Source: Acidobacteriota bacterium
GTDB lineage: Bacteria > Acidobacteriota > UBA6911
Assembly (NCBI GenBank): GCA_016929335.1
Contig: JAFGIY010000014.1
Coordinates: 30,586-94,585, forward strand
Direction of reading: 5' to 3'
Length of the DNA: 64,000 nucleotides
Positions 18,514-26,498 of the stretch are shown piece after piece. The position numbers and the translations under genes were made by a program. A model generated the notes under the pieces. That model did not search any database. It was not told the DNA's origin and saw only the letters and a program-made list of their open reading frames with translations. Positions within the stretch are counted from its first letter, which is position 1. The number at the start of each line of letters is the position of its first letter.

Positions 18514-19101
18514 CTAAGGCTCTTTTTCAATAAGTAAAACATACTCGGCAAGACGTTTCCCTTGGGTGTCCAGATTCTCGACAAGCAAGCTTAATTCTTT
18601 GTCAGATAGAGCACGGCTTTTTTTAACAATTTCGGTGATGCAACCGGCAATTGCTTTCTGCGTATCCTGAATGTTGGCGACTTTTGACCGCAAACTGTCG
18701 AGCATTTCATTGATCAGCTTCATTTCCGGCTGCAGATAATCACCCTTCCGCAGCCGCTGTGGAACCGGTATTTTCCCCGCCGTAAGCGAAAGAAAGATCT
18801 GTCGGAAACGGTACATGGGGCCGGCCATCTTGTGTGAGAAAAACAGAGCATGGATACTCACAAGCACAATGATCAATATGGCTGCAGGCCAGATATACCG
18901 GTGAAGGTGGAGAAAACTGTTGGCGAGCAAATATGCGCGGTAGGATCCGGGATAAGCCGACCGCAATTCCATGAAGACGGGAGCAAAAGTGGCTATTGCC
19001 ATCATGATAATATAGAAAGCTACATACCCCACAGATGCGGCAATAATCCGAAACTGGAGATTTCTATCAATAAGAAAATTGCGTCTGCGAAATGATTTCA
19101 C
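18514..19101 (-). CDS. Two-TM membrane protein of unknown function
   Basis: 195 aa with two hydrophobic helices, then SHKMAGPMYRFRQ and a coiled-coil-like tail. It lies directly upstream of the pilin-like gene. Confidence 0.6.
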   Translation of the reverse strand: MKSFRRRNFLIDRNLQFRIIAASVGYVAFYIIMMAIATFAPVFMELRSAYPGSYRAYLLANSFLHLHRYIWPAAILIIVLVSIHALFFSHKMAGPMYRFRQIFLSLTAGKIPVPQRLRKGDYLQPEMKLINEMLDSLRSKVANIQDTQKAIAGCITEIVKKSRALSDKELSLLVENLDTQGKRLAEYVLLIEKEP

Positions 19102-19320
19102 GACAGTTCCTTTCAGGAGGCAATCCCCGTACCCTCCATCTCTGAAATTGACTTAAAACGCGATTATTCCTTATTTCATATCGGTTTACTCTACGTATTA
19201 TGTAGATAGTTTTTGCAGAAATTCGACAATCATTTTCCTCAAACGCCTGCCCGGTTTCGCCCATGGGTCGGCTTTTAGTGCCTTCTAACTCACGGCTTTG
19301 AGCCGGGAAGCCCTGGCTAA

Positions 19321-19517
19321 GCCCTTCCGGCGCGTCGTTTATGTAAAGATATGTGACAAATGGAAATAGCTTTTTCGGGGTCGGGGTCGGAGTCGGTATC
19401 GGGGTCGAACAGAAATGATATCAAGTGCGAACACAATTGATGTGCTTCATGGTTACAGGCCAACCCCGATACCGACTCCGACCCCGACCCCGAGATATAA
19501 AAAATATGCTCTGCTGT
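19321..19517 (+). repeat. Family-B element copy B1 (conserved head plus long hexamer-armed hairpin)
   Basis: The head is GCCCTTCCGGCG...GATATGTGACAAATGGAAATAG. The arms 19376-19407 and 19464-19493 are perfectly complementary (CGGGGTCGGGGTCGGAGTCGGTATCGGGG). The tail is GAGATATAAAAAATATGCTCTGCTGT. Confidence 0.75.
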
Positions 19518-19526
19518 GCACTCACT

Positions 19527-19586
19527 CTCACTGCGGGACACATTTGACACTGTCGGTGTCCTTTCTCATGTGTGTCCCGCAGTGAG
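19527..19586. repeat. Perfect 16-bp inverted repeat with nested hairpin
   Basis: CTCACTGCGGGACACA (19527-19542) pairs with TGTGTCCCGCAGTGAG (19571-19586). The spacer contains GACAC-TGTCG-GTGTC (19546-19560). Confidence 0.7.
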
Positions 19587-19833
19587 CGCTGTGCGGGGCA
19601 GGCAAAAGCCACGCCTTCCGGCGTGACCGAGAACTCCTTTTGAGATGTATGGGAGCGCGCACCAGCAGAGAAAATGTGAATCCCGGTTCCCGTCTTTCAT
19701 ATCTGGCCCGCCGGATCTGCCTGGAAAATTTCGATTAAACTCCTTATATTCCAGCCGGGGCTGGACGATTAATTAAGAGACTTCTTAAGTTCGCGCCGGA
19801 ATTTCGCAATAACGTGGGGGAAACGATCTGCCC

Positions 19834-20214
19834 ATGGATGATGCCAAGAAGATATTGGTTGTCGATGACAATCGCACAATTAAGATGCTTCTGGAGAAGA
19901 GGTTGTCGGCCGAAGGCTATCTGGTTGTTACTGCAGGTGACGGCAGGGAAGGCCTGGCAGCGGCAGCACGGGAGATGCCTGACCTGATCCTAAGTGATGT
20001 GGATATGCCCATCATGGATGGAGGAGAGATGGTCTCAAAGCTGAAGGCATCCATCCGAACCAGTCGCATACCCGTTATCTTTCTCACAAGCCTCATCACA
20101 AAAGACGAGGACAAGCGCCCAGCCTCAGGCGATAACTGGTACATCTCGAAAATGGCCAAACCTGCGGAGCTCCTGGTGGCGATCCGTGAACGGCTGGCCC
20201 TGCCTCCTAAATAG
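19834..20214 (+). CDS. Stand-alone response regulator receiver protein (CheY-like)
   Basis: 126 aa with the acidic pocket VVDDN and the phospho-acceptor region LILSDVDMP. There is no output domain. Confidence 0.85.
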   Translation: MDDAKKILVVDDNRTIKMLLEKRLSAEGYLVVTAGDGREGLAAAAREMPDLILSDVDMPIMDGGEMVSKLKASIRTSRIPVIFLTSLITKDEDKRPASGDNWYISKMAKPAELLVAIRERLALPPK

Positions 20215-20281
20215 CTCCCTTTAACCCGCTTTATTCCCTGCAAAATCCACGGTTTGTGGTTGTTCGACTCTGATATCCCAG

Positions 20282-20456
20282 GCCCTTCCGGCATGCCGTT
20301 GACATGGGAAGATATGTCACGAATGGAAGAAGTTCTTTCGGGGCCGGGGTCGAGATCGGCATCGGGGTAGAATCGGGAGTGATATTACTTGCGAACACAA
20401 TGTATTTTCACCGTAGCCAAAAACCAACCCCGATTCCGGCCCCGATCCCGATTTTG
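20282..20456 (+). repeat. Family-B element copy B2
   Basis: The head is GCCCTTCCGGCATGCCGTTGACATGGGAAGATATGTCACGAATGGAAGAAG. The stems CGGGGCCGG/CCGGCCCCG and ATCGGGGT/ACCCCGAT are followed by TTTTG. Confidence 0.75.
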
Positions 20457-20643
20457 TGTGAATAACCGGTACCCGACTGGAGCTGCATTCGGGTATCATG
20501 GGTTGCGGTTGGAATGCACCGTACAGAAATCCGGGAGAAAGGGGAAGCGCGCAAGCTTTCAGTTGCCTTTTTATTTTGGATTATTCTTTTGTAATTCGAC
20601 TCAATAAGTGATAGCAAAACAGAATTCTTTTCAGGAGGTTCTT

Positions 20644-21048
20644 ATGAGCACAGCCTATGAGTTTTTAAAAGCCAATCAGGTATTTCATCTTGCTACCGTA
20701 GATGGGACCAGGGCCAGAGTGCGCCCTTTCGGCTTTGTTATGATAAGGAACAATGCGCTTTTTTTCTGTACCAACAAAACGAAGGATGTTTATAAGCAGA
20801 TGGTCAAATGCCCTGATGTTGAAATGTCTGCAATGGGATCCGACGGCAAATGGCTGCGCCTGTGCGGGAAAGCTGTTTTCGATGAAAGCCGTGAAGCGAA
20901 AGTCCAGGCCTTCGCGGAAGGCCCCATGTTGCTGCAGATCTATCCCAAAGGAGCGGATGAAGAAATCTTTGTGACCTTCTGCCTCAAGGATGCGGAAGCT
21001 ACTCTGTACTCGTTTTCCGAAGCCCCGAAAAAGATTCCGCTACTCTAA
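20644..21048 (+). CDS. Pyridoxamine 5'-phosphate oxidase-like FMN-binding family protein
   Basis: ~134 aa from ATG 20644, with AGGAGG 6 nt upstream. The pattern FHLATVDGTRARVRPFGF...FFCTNKTKDVYKQM is typical of the split-barrel family. The track ORF starts at an upstream alternative codon (20608). Confidence 0.7.
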   Translation: MSTAYEFLKANQVFHLATVDGTRARVRPFGFVMIRNNALFFCTNKTKDVYKQMVKCPDVEMSAMGSDGKWLRLCGKAVFDESREAKVQAFAEGPMLLQIYPKGADEEIFVTFCLKDAEATLYSFSEAPKKIPLL

Positions 21049-21075
21049 CTGCAGATTAGAGACGCGCCTTCTGTT

Positions 21076-21159
21076 GATTCGAGATGCGAGATTCGAAATT
21101 CGAGATTTTTCCTCGCTTTTCAATCTCGAATCTCGAATCTCGAATCTCGAATCTCGCAT
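21076..21159 (+). terminator. Heptamer-armed hairpin (family F) downstream of the PNPOx-like gene
   Basis: The left arm ~(CGAGATT)x4 (GATTCGAGATGCGAGATTCGAAATTCGAGATT) pairs with the right arm (AATCTCG)x5. Confidence 0.55.
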
Positions 21160-21367
21160 TATTTGCCTATCTCCACCTGTCAAAAGCTTCGCCGGATGGA
21201 TTCGCGCAATTCGTGGCCGGCCCTGACCCCGAAAGATCGATGCCTATGCTGAATTCTTTTTAAAACGATTGATTAACCTGCTATAAGCATATGCATTCAG
21301 GACGGATTATATCGGGGAGGTCCTGCCTAAAGATTAGGAGTACGAAAAAATTAACCCAAAGGAGCCA

Positions 21368-22729
21368 ATGAAGATGCCAAACTACAATGGTTTGCCCGAG
21401 AACTGGGCACAACTCACTCCCGCGCAGAAACGAGATTACCGGCTTAATCAGTTCCTTAATCCAACGGATATCCCATTTGTCAGCCAGGACGCAGCCAAGG
21501 CTTACAAAGTGAGGGCTCAGAGGATGGTGGACGTTTTTAATGTGAAGGAGCCTGACCGTGTGCCCGTCAGCCTGCCTGTGGGGAACCTGCCGCTTAACCT
21601 GGCGGGCGTCAGCATGCACGAAGCCATGTACGACATTGAAAAGGCAATAAAGGCCTGCAACGCATTCAATGAGAGGTATTCAGAAGAACTGGAATATTTC
21701 TCTGTTCCTTTCGTTGCGCCCGGAAAGGCGATGGAAATTCTCGACTACAAACTCTATGCATGGCCGGGACATGGTCTTTCCACGAAAGCCCCAAACTACC
21801 AGTTTGTGGAAGGCGAATACATGAAGGTGGAAGAGTATAAGGACTTTGTCCGGGACCCTTCCGATTTCTGGCTGAGAACATATCTGCCTCGCATATTCGG
21901 AGCATTTAACGGCTTCCGGCTGCTGTCGCCTCTTCCGGACATACTCGAAATCCCTACAGGGCAATTAATGCCCCTTGCGCTTCCCCAGGTGCAGAATACA
22001 TTTCAGCGGCTGATCGATGCCGGAAAGGATCTCCAGAGAAGGAATGAAATCAGCGCGAAGCTCATGACTTTTCCTTCGGTGCACGGATTTCCCAGCACGA
22101 TGGGTACCTTGACGGTGGCTCCATTTGACGCGATCGGGGATACTTTAAGGGGCACCAAAGCCATCATGATGGACATGTTCCGTCATGCCGACGAACTGCT
22201 GGAAGCCCTTGAGGTGATGACGGAGCTGATCATTCATTCGGTTCTGAACGCTCCAAATTTCTCGAGGCTGCTCACGGTGATGTTCCCTCTGCACAAGGGC
22301 GCCGATGGATGGATGTCTGCCAAGCAGTTTGACACCTTCTATTGGCCGACCATGAAAAAAGTGATGGATGCTTTCATCAACGAAGGCATTATCTGCAGCC
22401 TGTTTGCCGAAGGCGGCTACAATACGCGTCTGGAAAGCGTAAAGGATTTCCCCAAAGGCACCGTTGTCTGGTGGTTCGATCAGAGCGATATGGTGAAAGC
22501 GAAGAAAATCCTGGGAGATAGGTTCTGCATTCAGGGGAACGTCCCGTCTTCGCTGATCGTTACAGGCACTCCCGCTGCCGTTAAGGATCGCTGCCGCAAA
22601 CTTATCGAGGATTGCGGCAAGGGAGGAGGTTACGTTCTGGGCGCCGGATGCGTTGCCGATGATCCCAAGCTGGAAAATCTGCAGGCAATGATGGAAGCTG
22701 TAAGAGAATATGGGGTTTATAGGAAATAA
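21368..22729 (+). CDS. Uroporphyrinogen decarboxylase (URO-D) family protein, methyltransferase-like
   Basis: 453 aa. The C-terminal pattern ...FDQSDMVKAKKILGDRFCIQGNVPSSL...GGGYVLGAGCV... is typical of the URO-D/MtaA-like fold. An alternative start at ATG 21374 has better SD spacing. Confidence 0.75.
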   Translation: MKMPNYNGLPENWAQLTPAQKRDYRLNQFLNPTDIPFVSQDAAKAYKVRAQRMVDVFNVKEPDRVPVSLPVGNLPLNLAGVSMHEAMYDIEKAIKACNAFNERYSEELEYFSVPFVAPGKAMEILDYKLYAWPGHGLSTKAPNYQFVEGEYMKVEEYKDFVRDPSDFWLRTYLPRIFGAFNGFRLLSPLPDILEIPTGQLMPLALPQVQNTFQRLIDAGKDLQRRNEISAKLMTFPSVHGFPSTMGTLTVAPFDAIGDTLRGTKAIMMDMFRHADELLEALEVMTELIIHSVLNAPNFSRLLTVMFPLHKGADGWMSAKQFDTFYWPTMKKVMDAFINEGIICSLFAEGGYNTRLESVKDFPKGTVVWWFDQSDMVKAKKILGDRFCIQGNVPSSLIVTGTPAAVKDRCRKLIEDCGKGGGYVLGAGCVADDPKLENLQAMMEAVREYGVYRK

Positions 22730-22743
22730 ATTCCGGTTTTCAG

Positions 22744-22769
22744 GCCGGGGACGGAATAGATCGTCCCCG
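22744..22769. terminator. GC-rich hairpin between convergent genes
   Basis: CCGGGGACG-gaatagat-CGTCCCCGG with no clear U-tract on either strand. Confidence 0.35.
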
Positions 22770-22770
22770 G

Positions 22771-22980
22771 TTAGCCAAACAGATCGAGGATCTCGCGATC
22801 GAGCTCCTGCTGTGCAGAAATAGCTTTAAGATTAGCCTTCACCTCAGTTCTTGCCAGATTTATATCAATGATATCGGCCGGATCAGGCTGATCGGCGGCA
22901 GAGATCCGGCGCGCGGACTGCAGAAGATTCCGCTCCGCCGCATAAATCCCGTTCAATGAAATAGAGTAGTCACCGGACAT
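22771..22980 (-). CDS. Small hypothetical protein (69 aa)
   Basis: The ORF has a GAGG-type SD ~8 nt upstream. The C-terminal ...LKAISAQQELDREILDLFG faintly resembles YjfB-type small proteins; the assignment is not secure. Confidence 0.4.
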   Translation of the reverse strand: MSGDYSISLNGIYAAERNLLQSARRISAADQPDPADIIDINLARTEVKANLKAISAQQELDREILDLFG

Positions 22981-23100
22981 AATTTGCCTCGATGATTTCT
23001 CTATCGGAAGAAGACGGAATTTAGAGTATAGAATTCAGGAGACGGAATGCAGAATAAGTTCCGATCCGATTTTCAACATTCTGAATTCCGACCTCTCCGC

Positions 23101-23391
23101 TTACTCGAGAATTTCGCTGATCTGAAACTGAGGCTTTATATCCGAAAAATTGACCAGGTCGGCTGCCAATTCCGGATCATGGGCCTGAAGTCCCTTCTGC
23201 ATGTTCTCCATCGAGTCAAAAACCAGATGCCCTATGGCGATAAAGGGGGAATCTCCCACACCCCGATTCACTTCGGATTTGATTAATCCGAAGGAATCAA
23301 GCAACTTATGGACAAGGCTCATATGCTTTTTCGAATAGTAGTCGAAATCAAACTTACCGCCCCTGGGGTACATGACGGATACTCGAACCAT
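23101..23391 (-). CDS. EthD-family protein (TIGR02118-like)
   Basis: 96 aa. The N-terminus MVRVSVMYPRGGKFDFDYYSKKHM is characteristic of this family. Confidence 0.7.
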   Translation of the reverse strand: MVRVSVMYPRGGKFDFDYYSKKHMSLVHKLLDSFGLIKSEVNRGVGDSPFIAIGHLVFDSMENMQKGLQAHDPELAADLVNFSDIKPQFQISEILE

Positions 23392-23464
23392 TGCTTTTTT
23401 CTCCTAGCGCGGCCGTTGACCGCAACCAATATCTTCAAAGATTCGTGGAAGCCGCGTGCTCTGT

Positions 23465-23507
23465 CAGCGTTCAGCCTTCAGCCTTCAGCTTTCAGCAGTC
23501 AGCTTTC
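23465..23507. repeat. Tandem heptamer array (CTTCAGC-like x5-6) without inverted partner
   Basis: CAGCGTTCAGCCTTCAGCCTTCAGCTTTCAGCAGTCAGCTTTC, in the 520-bp spacer upstream of the EthD gene. Confidence 0.7.
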
Positions 23508-23910
23508 TACCGGTTTCGTTTGCTTTCAGTCATTTTGCATGCTTCTCTTAAGGAATAGCTGAGGATCGATTCTATACCGAAACAGGCAAAAACGCATAAC
23601 ATGAAGACTCCAATACGGGAAGCATCCAAGTTTTGCTTGATTTGCTTCGCGGGAACGATGAAGCTTACACTGGTTGCAGGGGATCCCATAATGCGGGCTG
23701 GCCGCACTTGAGTATTCTGAGGCAGACGGAATGGCAGTCGGCGATGCCCCACTGCACTGAATTGATGCCGAAAATGTTATAGGGAATGCGGAAGCCAAAA
23801 ACCGCTTTTGGAATGCGGCAGCTTGTTACGGTTTTTGTTGGATGCTGCATCCCCATTGCCGGGGCTAAAGACAGCGCACTCCAGATTCAGCAGTGTTCGG
23901 GGAGTAAATT

Positions 23911-24828
23911 ATGAAAATTGTGGTTGTGGGAGGGTCGGGTTTTATCGGCTCTCATGTGGTGGATGTGCTGCTTGAACAAGGGCAGGAGGTGGCAATTTAC
24001 GATCTCGAAGCCCCGCATTATGACCAGAAATGCGACTTCATACGGGGAGACGCCAGAGATGTTGATCGGCTGTCGCAGGTATTCAAGTCCGGCGATGTGG
24101 TATACCTTCTTGCCGCCGAGGCGAATGTAAACCGCTTCTATGAAAGCCCTTTATTTTCCAACGACATCACGGCGGGTGCGGCGATGTCGATTCTGGAAGC
24201 GGCCCGTCGTACCGGGGTCGCACGCGTGATCCTGGCGTCGACGGAGTGGGTTTACGGCTCTCTTCCGGAAACGGGAGAAGAATATATTACCGAAGACACG
24301 CCCTATACAAACAATCCGGATCACATTTATACATCTTCAAAAATTGCTGCCGAGCTGTTCTGCAAGAACTACCGGAGCCTCTATGGAGTGAATTACACCA
24401 TCATGCGCTATGGGATACCGTTCGGAGAGCGGGCTCGGCCGGAAACCGTGACGCCGATCTTTATCCGGCGGATCATCCGCGATGAGCCGATCACCATTCA
24501 CGGCGACGGCAGCCAGACGCGGCAATTCATCTATGTGAAAGATCTTGCCCGGGGCAACGCCGCCTGTCTCAGCCCGGCAGCGGAAAACCAGATTTTTAAC
24601 CTGAACGGAAAGAAGAAAATCAGCGTGATCCAGATTGTGAGGACGCTTGAGGAGATACTCGGGAAGAAGGCGAATGTGAGTTTCGTCGAGGACCGCAAAG
24701 GCAATTTTAAGGGGCGGTTCATTTCTTCCGAGAAAGCCCGTCGATTCCTGAACTGGTCGCCGCAATCGGATTATGAAGACGCCATGCGGAAGTATGCCGG
24801 CGAATTTCTGGCATCCTCCAACCTGTAA
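23911..24828 (+). CDS. NAD-dependent epimerase/dehydratase (extended SDR)
   Basis: 305 aa with Rossmann GGSGFIGSH and catalytic YTSSK (YxxxK). Confidence 0.85.
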   Translation: MKIVVVGGSGFIGSHVVDVLLEQGQEVAIYDLEAPHYDQKCDFIRGDARDVDRLSQVFKSGDVVYLLAAEANVNRFYESPLFSNDITAGAAMSILEAARRTGVARVILASTEWVYGSLPETGEEYITEDTPYTNNPDHIYTSSKIAAELFCKNYRSLYGVNYTIMRYGIPFGERARPETVTPIFIRRIIRDEPITIHGDGSQTRQFIYVKDLARGNAACLSPAAENQIFNLNGKKKISVIQIVRTLEEILGKKANVSFVEDRKGNFKGRFISSEKARRFLNWSPQSDYEDAMRKYAGEFLASSNL

Positions 24829-24853
24829 TCAATGGAAATTGTCGGTGCGATGA

Positions 24854-26233
24854 ATGAAATACCCTGTCATTTGTATTGAGCGCTACACCTCGATCCAGAA
24901 AGCCATACAGCTGATCGAGCGGAGTCTTTTTGATCGTGCTTTTGTCCTGGATAAGGATGGTTCCTACGTGGGAGGAGTCTCCACTGCGGATCTCCGCCGT
25001 CTTTTAATCAGCGGAGCCCACGGTGAAGAACCCGTCGACGCTTATCCGATGAGGCATATTTTGAAGCTGACGGAGGAATCTCTGCGCGACCGGAAGATCG
25101 CCGGGAGAATGATTTCCGATATGGAGCTGTACGGTGTTCATTTTCTGCCCATCGTTAAGCAGGATGGACGGATCTCGGAAGTGCTTTCCGTAGAGGATCT
25201 GGTTAAGCTGCATGGATTGCCTAAAACGGATTCGCGACCGGCCGAATCGGCAAGAAGAGTGCTCGTCGTCGGCGGCGCCGGTTTCCTGGGCAGCGTGCTG
25301 ACGCAAAAGCTCCTGCGCGCCGGTTTCCGTGTGCGCGTGCTCGACAGCTTCATCTATGGTCGAAGATCGCTGGATGCTCTCGCAGATGACAGGAACCTTG
25401 AGATCTTCGAAGGAGACTTGCGCAACATACATACCTGTGTGAGTTCGTTGTCTGAAACGGACGCAGTGGTTTTGCTCGCGGCCATCGTGGGGGATCCCGC
25501 ATCGAAAGCCCGCCCGACGGAAACGATCGAAACCAACGTGCTGGCAGCACAGGCGCTCGCTTCGGCAAGCAAACTGCACCATATAAACAGGTTTTTATAT
25601 GCATCGACCTGCAGCGTGTATGGAATAGGGGACGGCCTCCTCGACGAAAATGCACCGTTGAATCCGGTCTCGCTTTATGCGCGCACAAAGATCGAGTCCG
25701 AAAAGATTATCCTGGGCATGGGAGACGAATATTTCAGCCCTACCATTCTCAGGATGGGAACACTTTATGGATACTCAGCTCGGATGCGCTTTGATCTGGT
25801 AGTCAACACCATGAGCATGAAATCCTTCGTGGATGGCAAGATTCAGGTTTTCGGAGGCAGACAATGGCGTCCTCTTCTTGGGGTTGAAGATGCTGCCGAA
25901 GCTTACATCCGATGTATTGAAGCAAATCTGCAAGATGTTGGTAATCAAGTGTTTAACGTCGGGTCGGATGGCCAGAACTACCAGATTGATGAAGTGGCCG
26001 AAATCATCGGCTCTTCGCTGGGAGGCATACCGATCTCAAGAGATAATTCCAACCTGGATGCGCGCGATTACCGTGTTTCCTTTGCCAAATTGAATCAGAC
26101 CGTCGGTTTTGTCCCTCGGCAGACGATCGGAGATGCAGCGAGGGAAATTTTCGACAGGCTGCAGTCCGGCGCAATTAGGAATCCCGCACAGAGAATTTAT
26201 TACAACCACTATTTCGATTCAGCCGAAGAATAG
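24854..26233 (+). CDS. CBS-domain / NAD-dependent epimerase-dehydratase fusion protein
   Basis: 459 aa. The N-terminal ~125 aa are CBS-pair-like, followed by Rossmann GGAGFLGS and catalytic YARTK. Confidence 0.8.
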   Translation: MKYPVICIERYTSIQKAIQLIERSLFDRAFVLDKDGSYVGGVSTADLRRLLISGAHGEEPVDAYPMRHILKLTEESLRDRKIAGRMISDMELYGVHFLPIVKQDGRISEVLSVEDLVKLHGLPKTDSRPAESARRVLVVGGAGFLGSVLTQKLLRAGFRVRVLDSFIYGRRSLDALADDRNLEIFEGDLRNIHTCVSSLSETDAVVLLAAIVGDPASKARPTETIETNVLAAQALASASKLHHINRFLYASTCSVYGIGDGLLDENAPLNPVSLYARTKIESEKIILGMGDEYFSPTILRMGTLYGYSARMRFDLVVNTMSMKSFVDGKIQVFGGRQWRPLLGVEDAAEAYIRCIEANLQDVGNQVFNVGSDGQNYQIDEVAEIIGSSLGGIPISRDNSNLDARDYRVSFAKLNQTVGFVPRQTIGDAAREIFDRLQSGAIRNPAQRIYYNHYFDSAEE

Positions 26234-26498
26234 CGGAGCGAGATTAATGTGCCAAATCCACTAAAATTGGCTATTTATCGATTTCAGACTGCCTTTTATC
26301 ATATTTTTAGTGTAAGATTCTTCCTATGCAGCTTCTACAGTACCTCAAAGGAGCTTCCGATAAGCTGCTTAGGTCTATGAATTATTACAGCGCCAACTAA
26401 CAACATGACTCCAACACAACACGCATGAAAATTCTTCCACCCGCTTTGGTGAAATCTGTGCGCTGTATGCGTGTTTTTGGGGTTTTAAAGGGAGAGCA

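Noticed and set aside
19317-19612. ORFs 19317-19550 (-) and 19421-19612 (-), including a DPDTDSDPDP stretch.
   Set aside because: They are translations of the (GGGTCG)n arms of repeat B1 and of the adjacent palindrome. The other B copies do not conserve them as ORFs.
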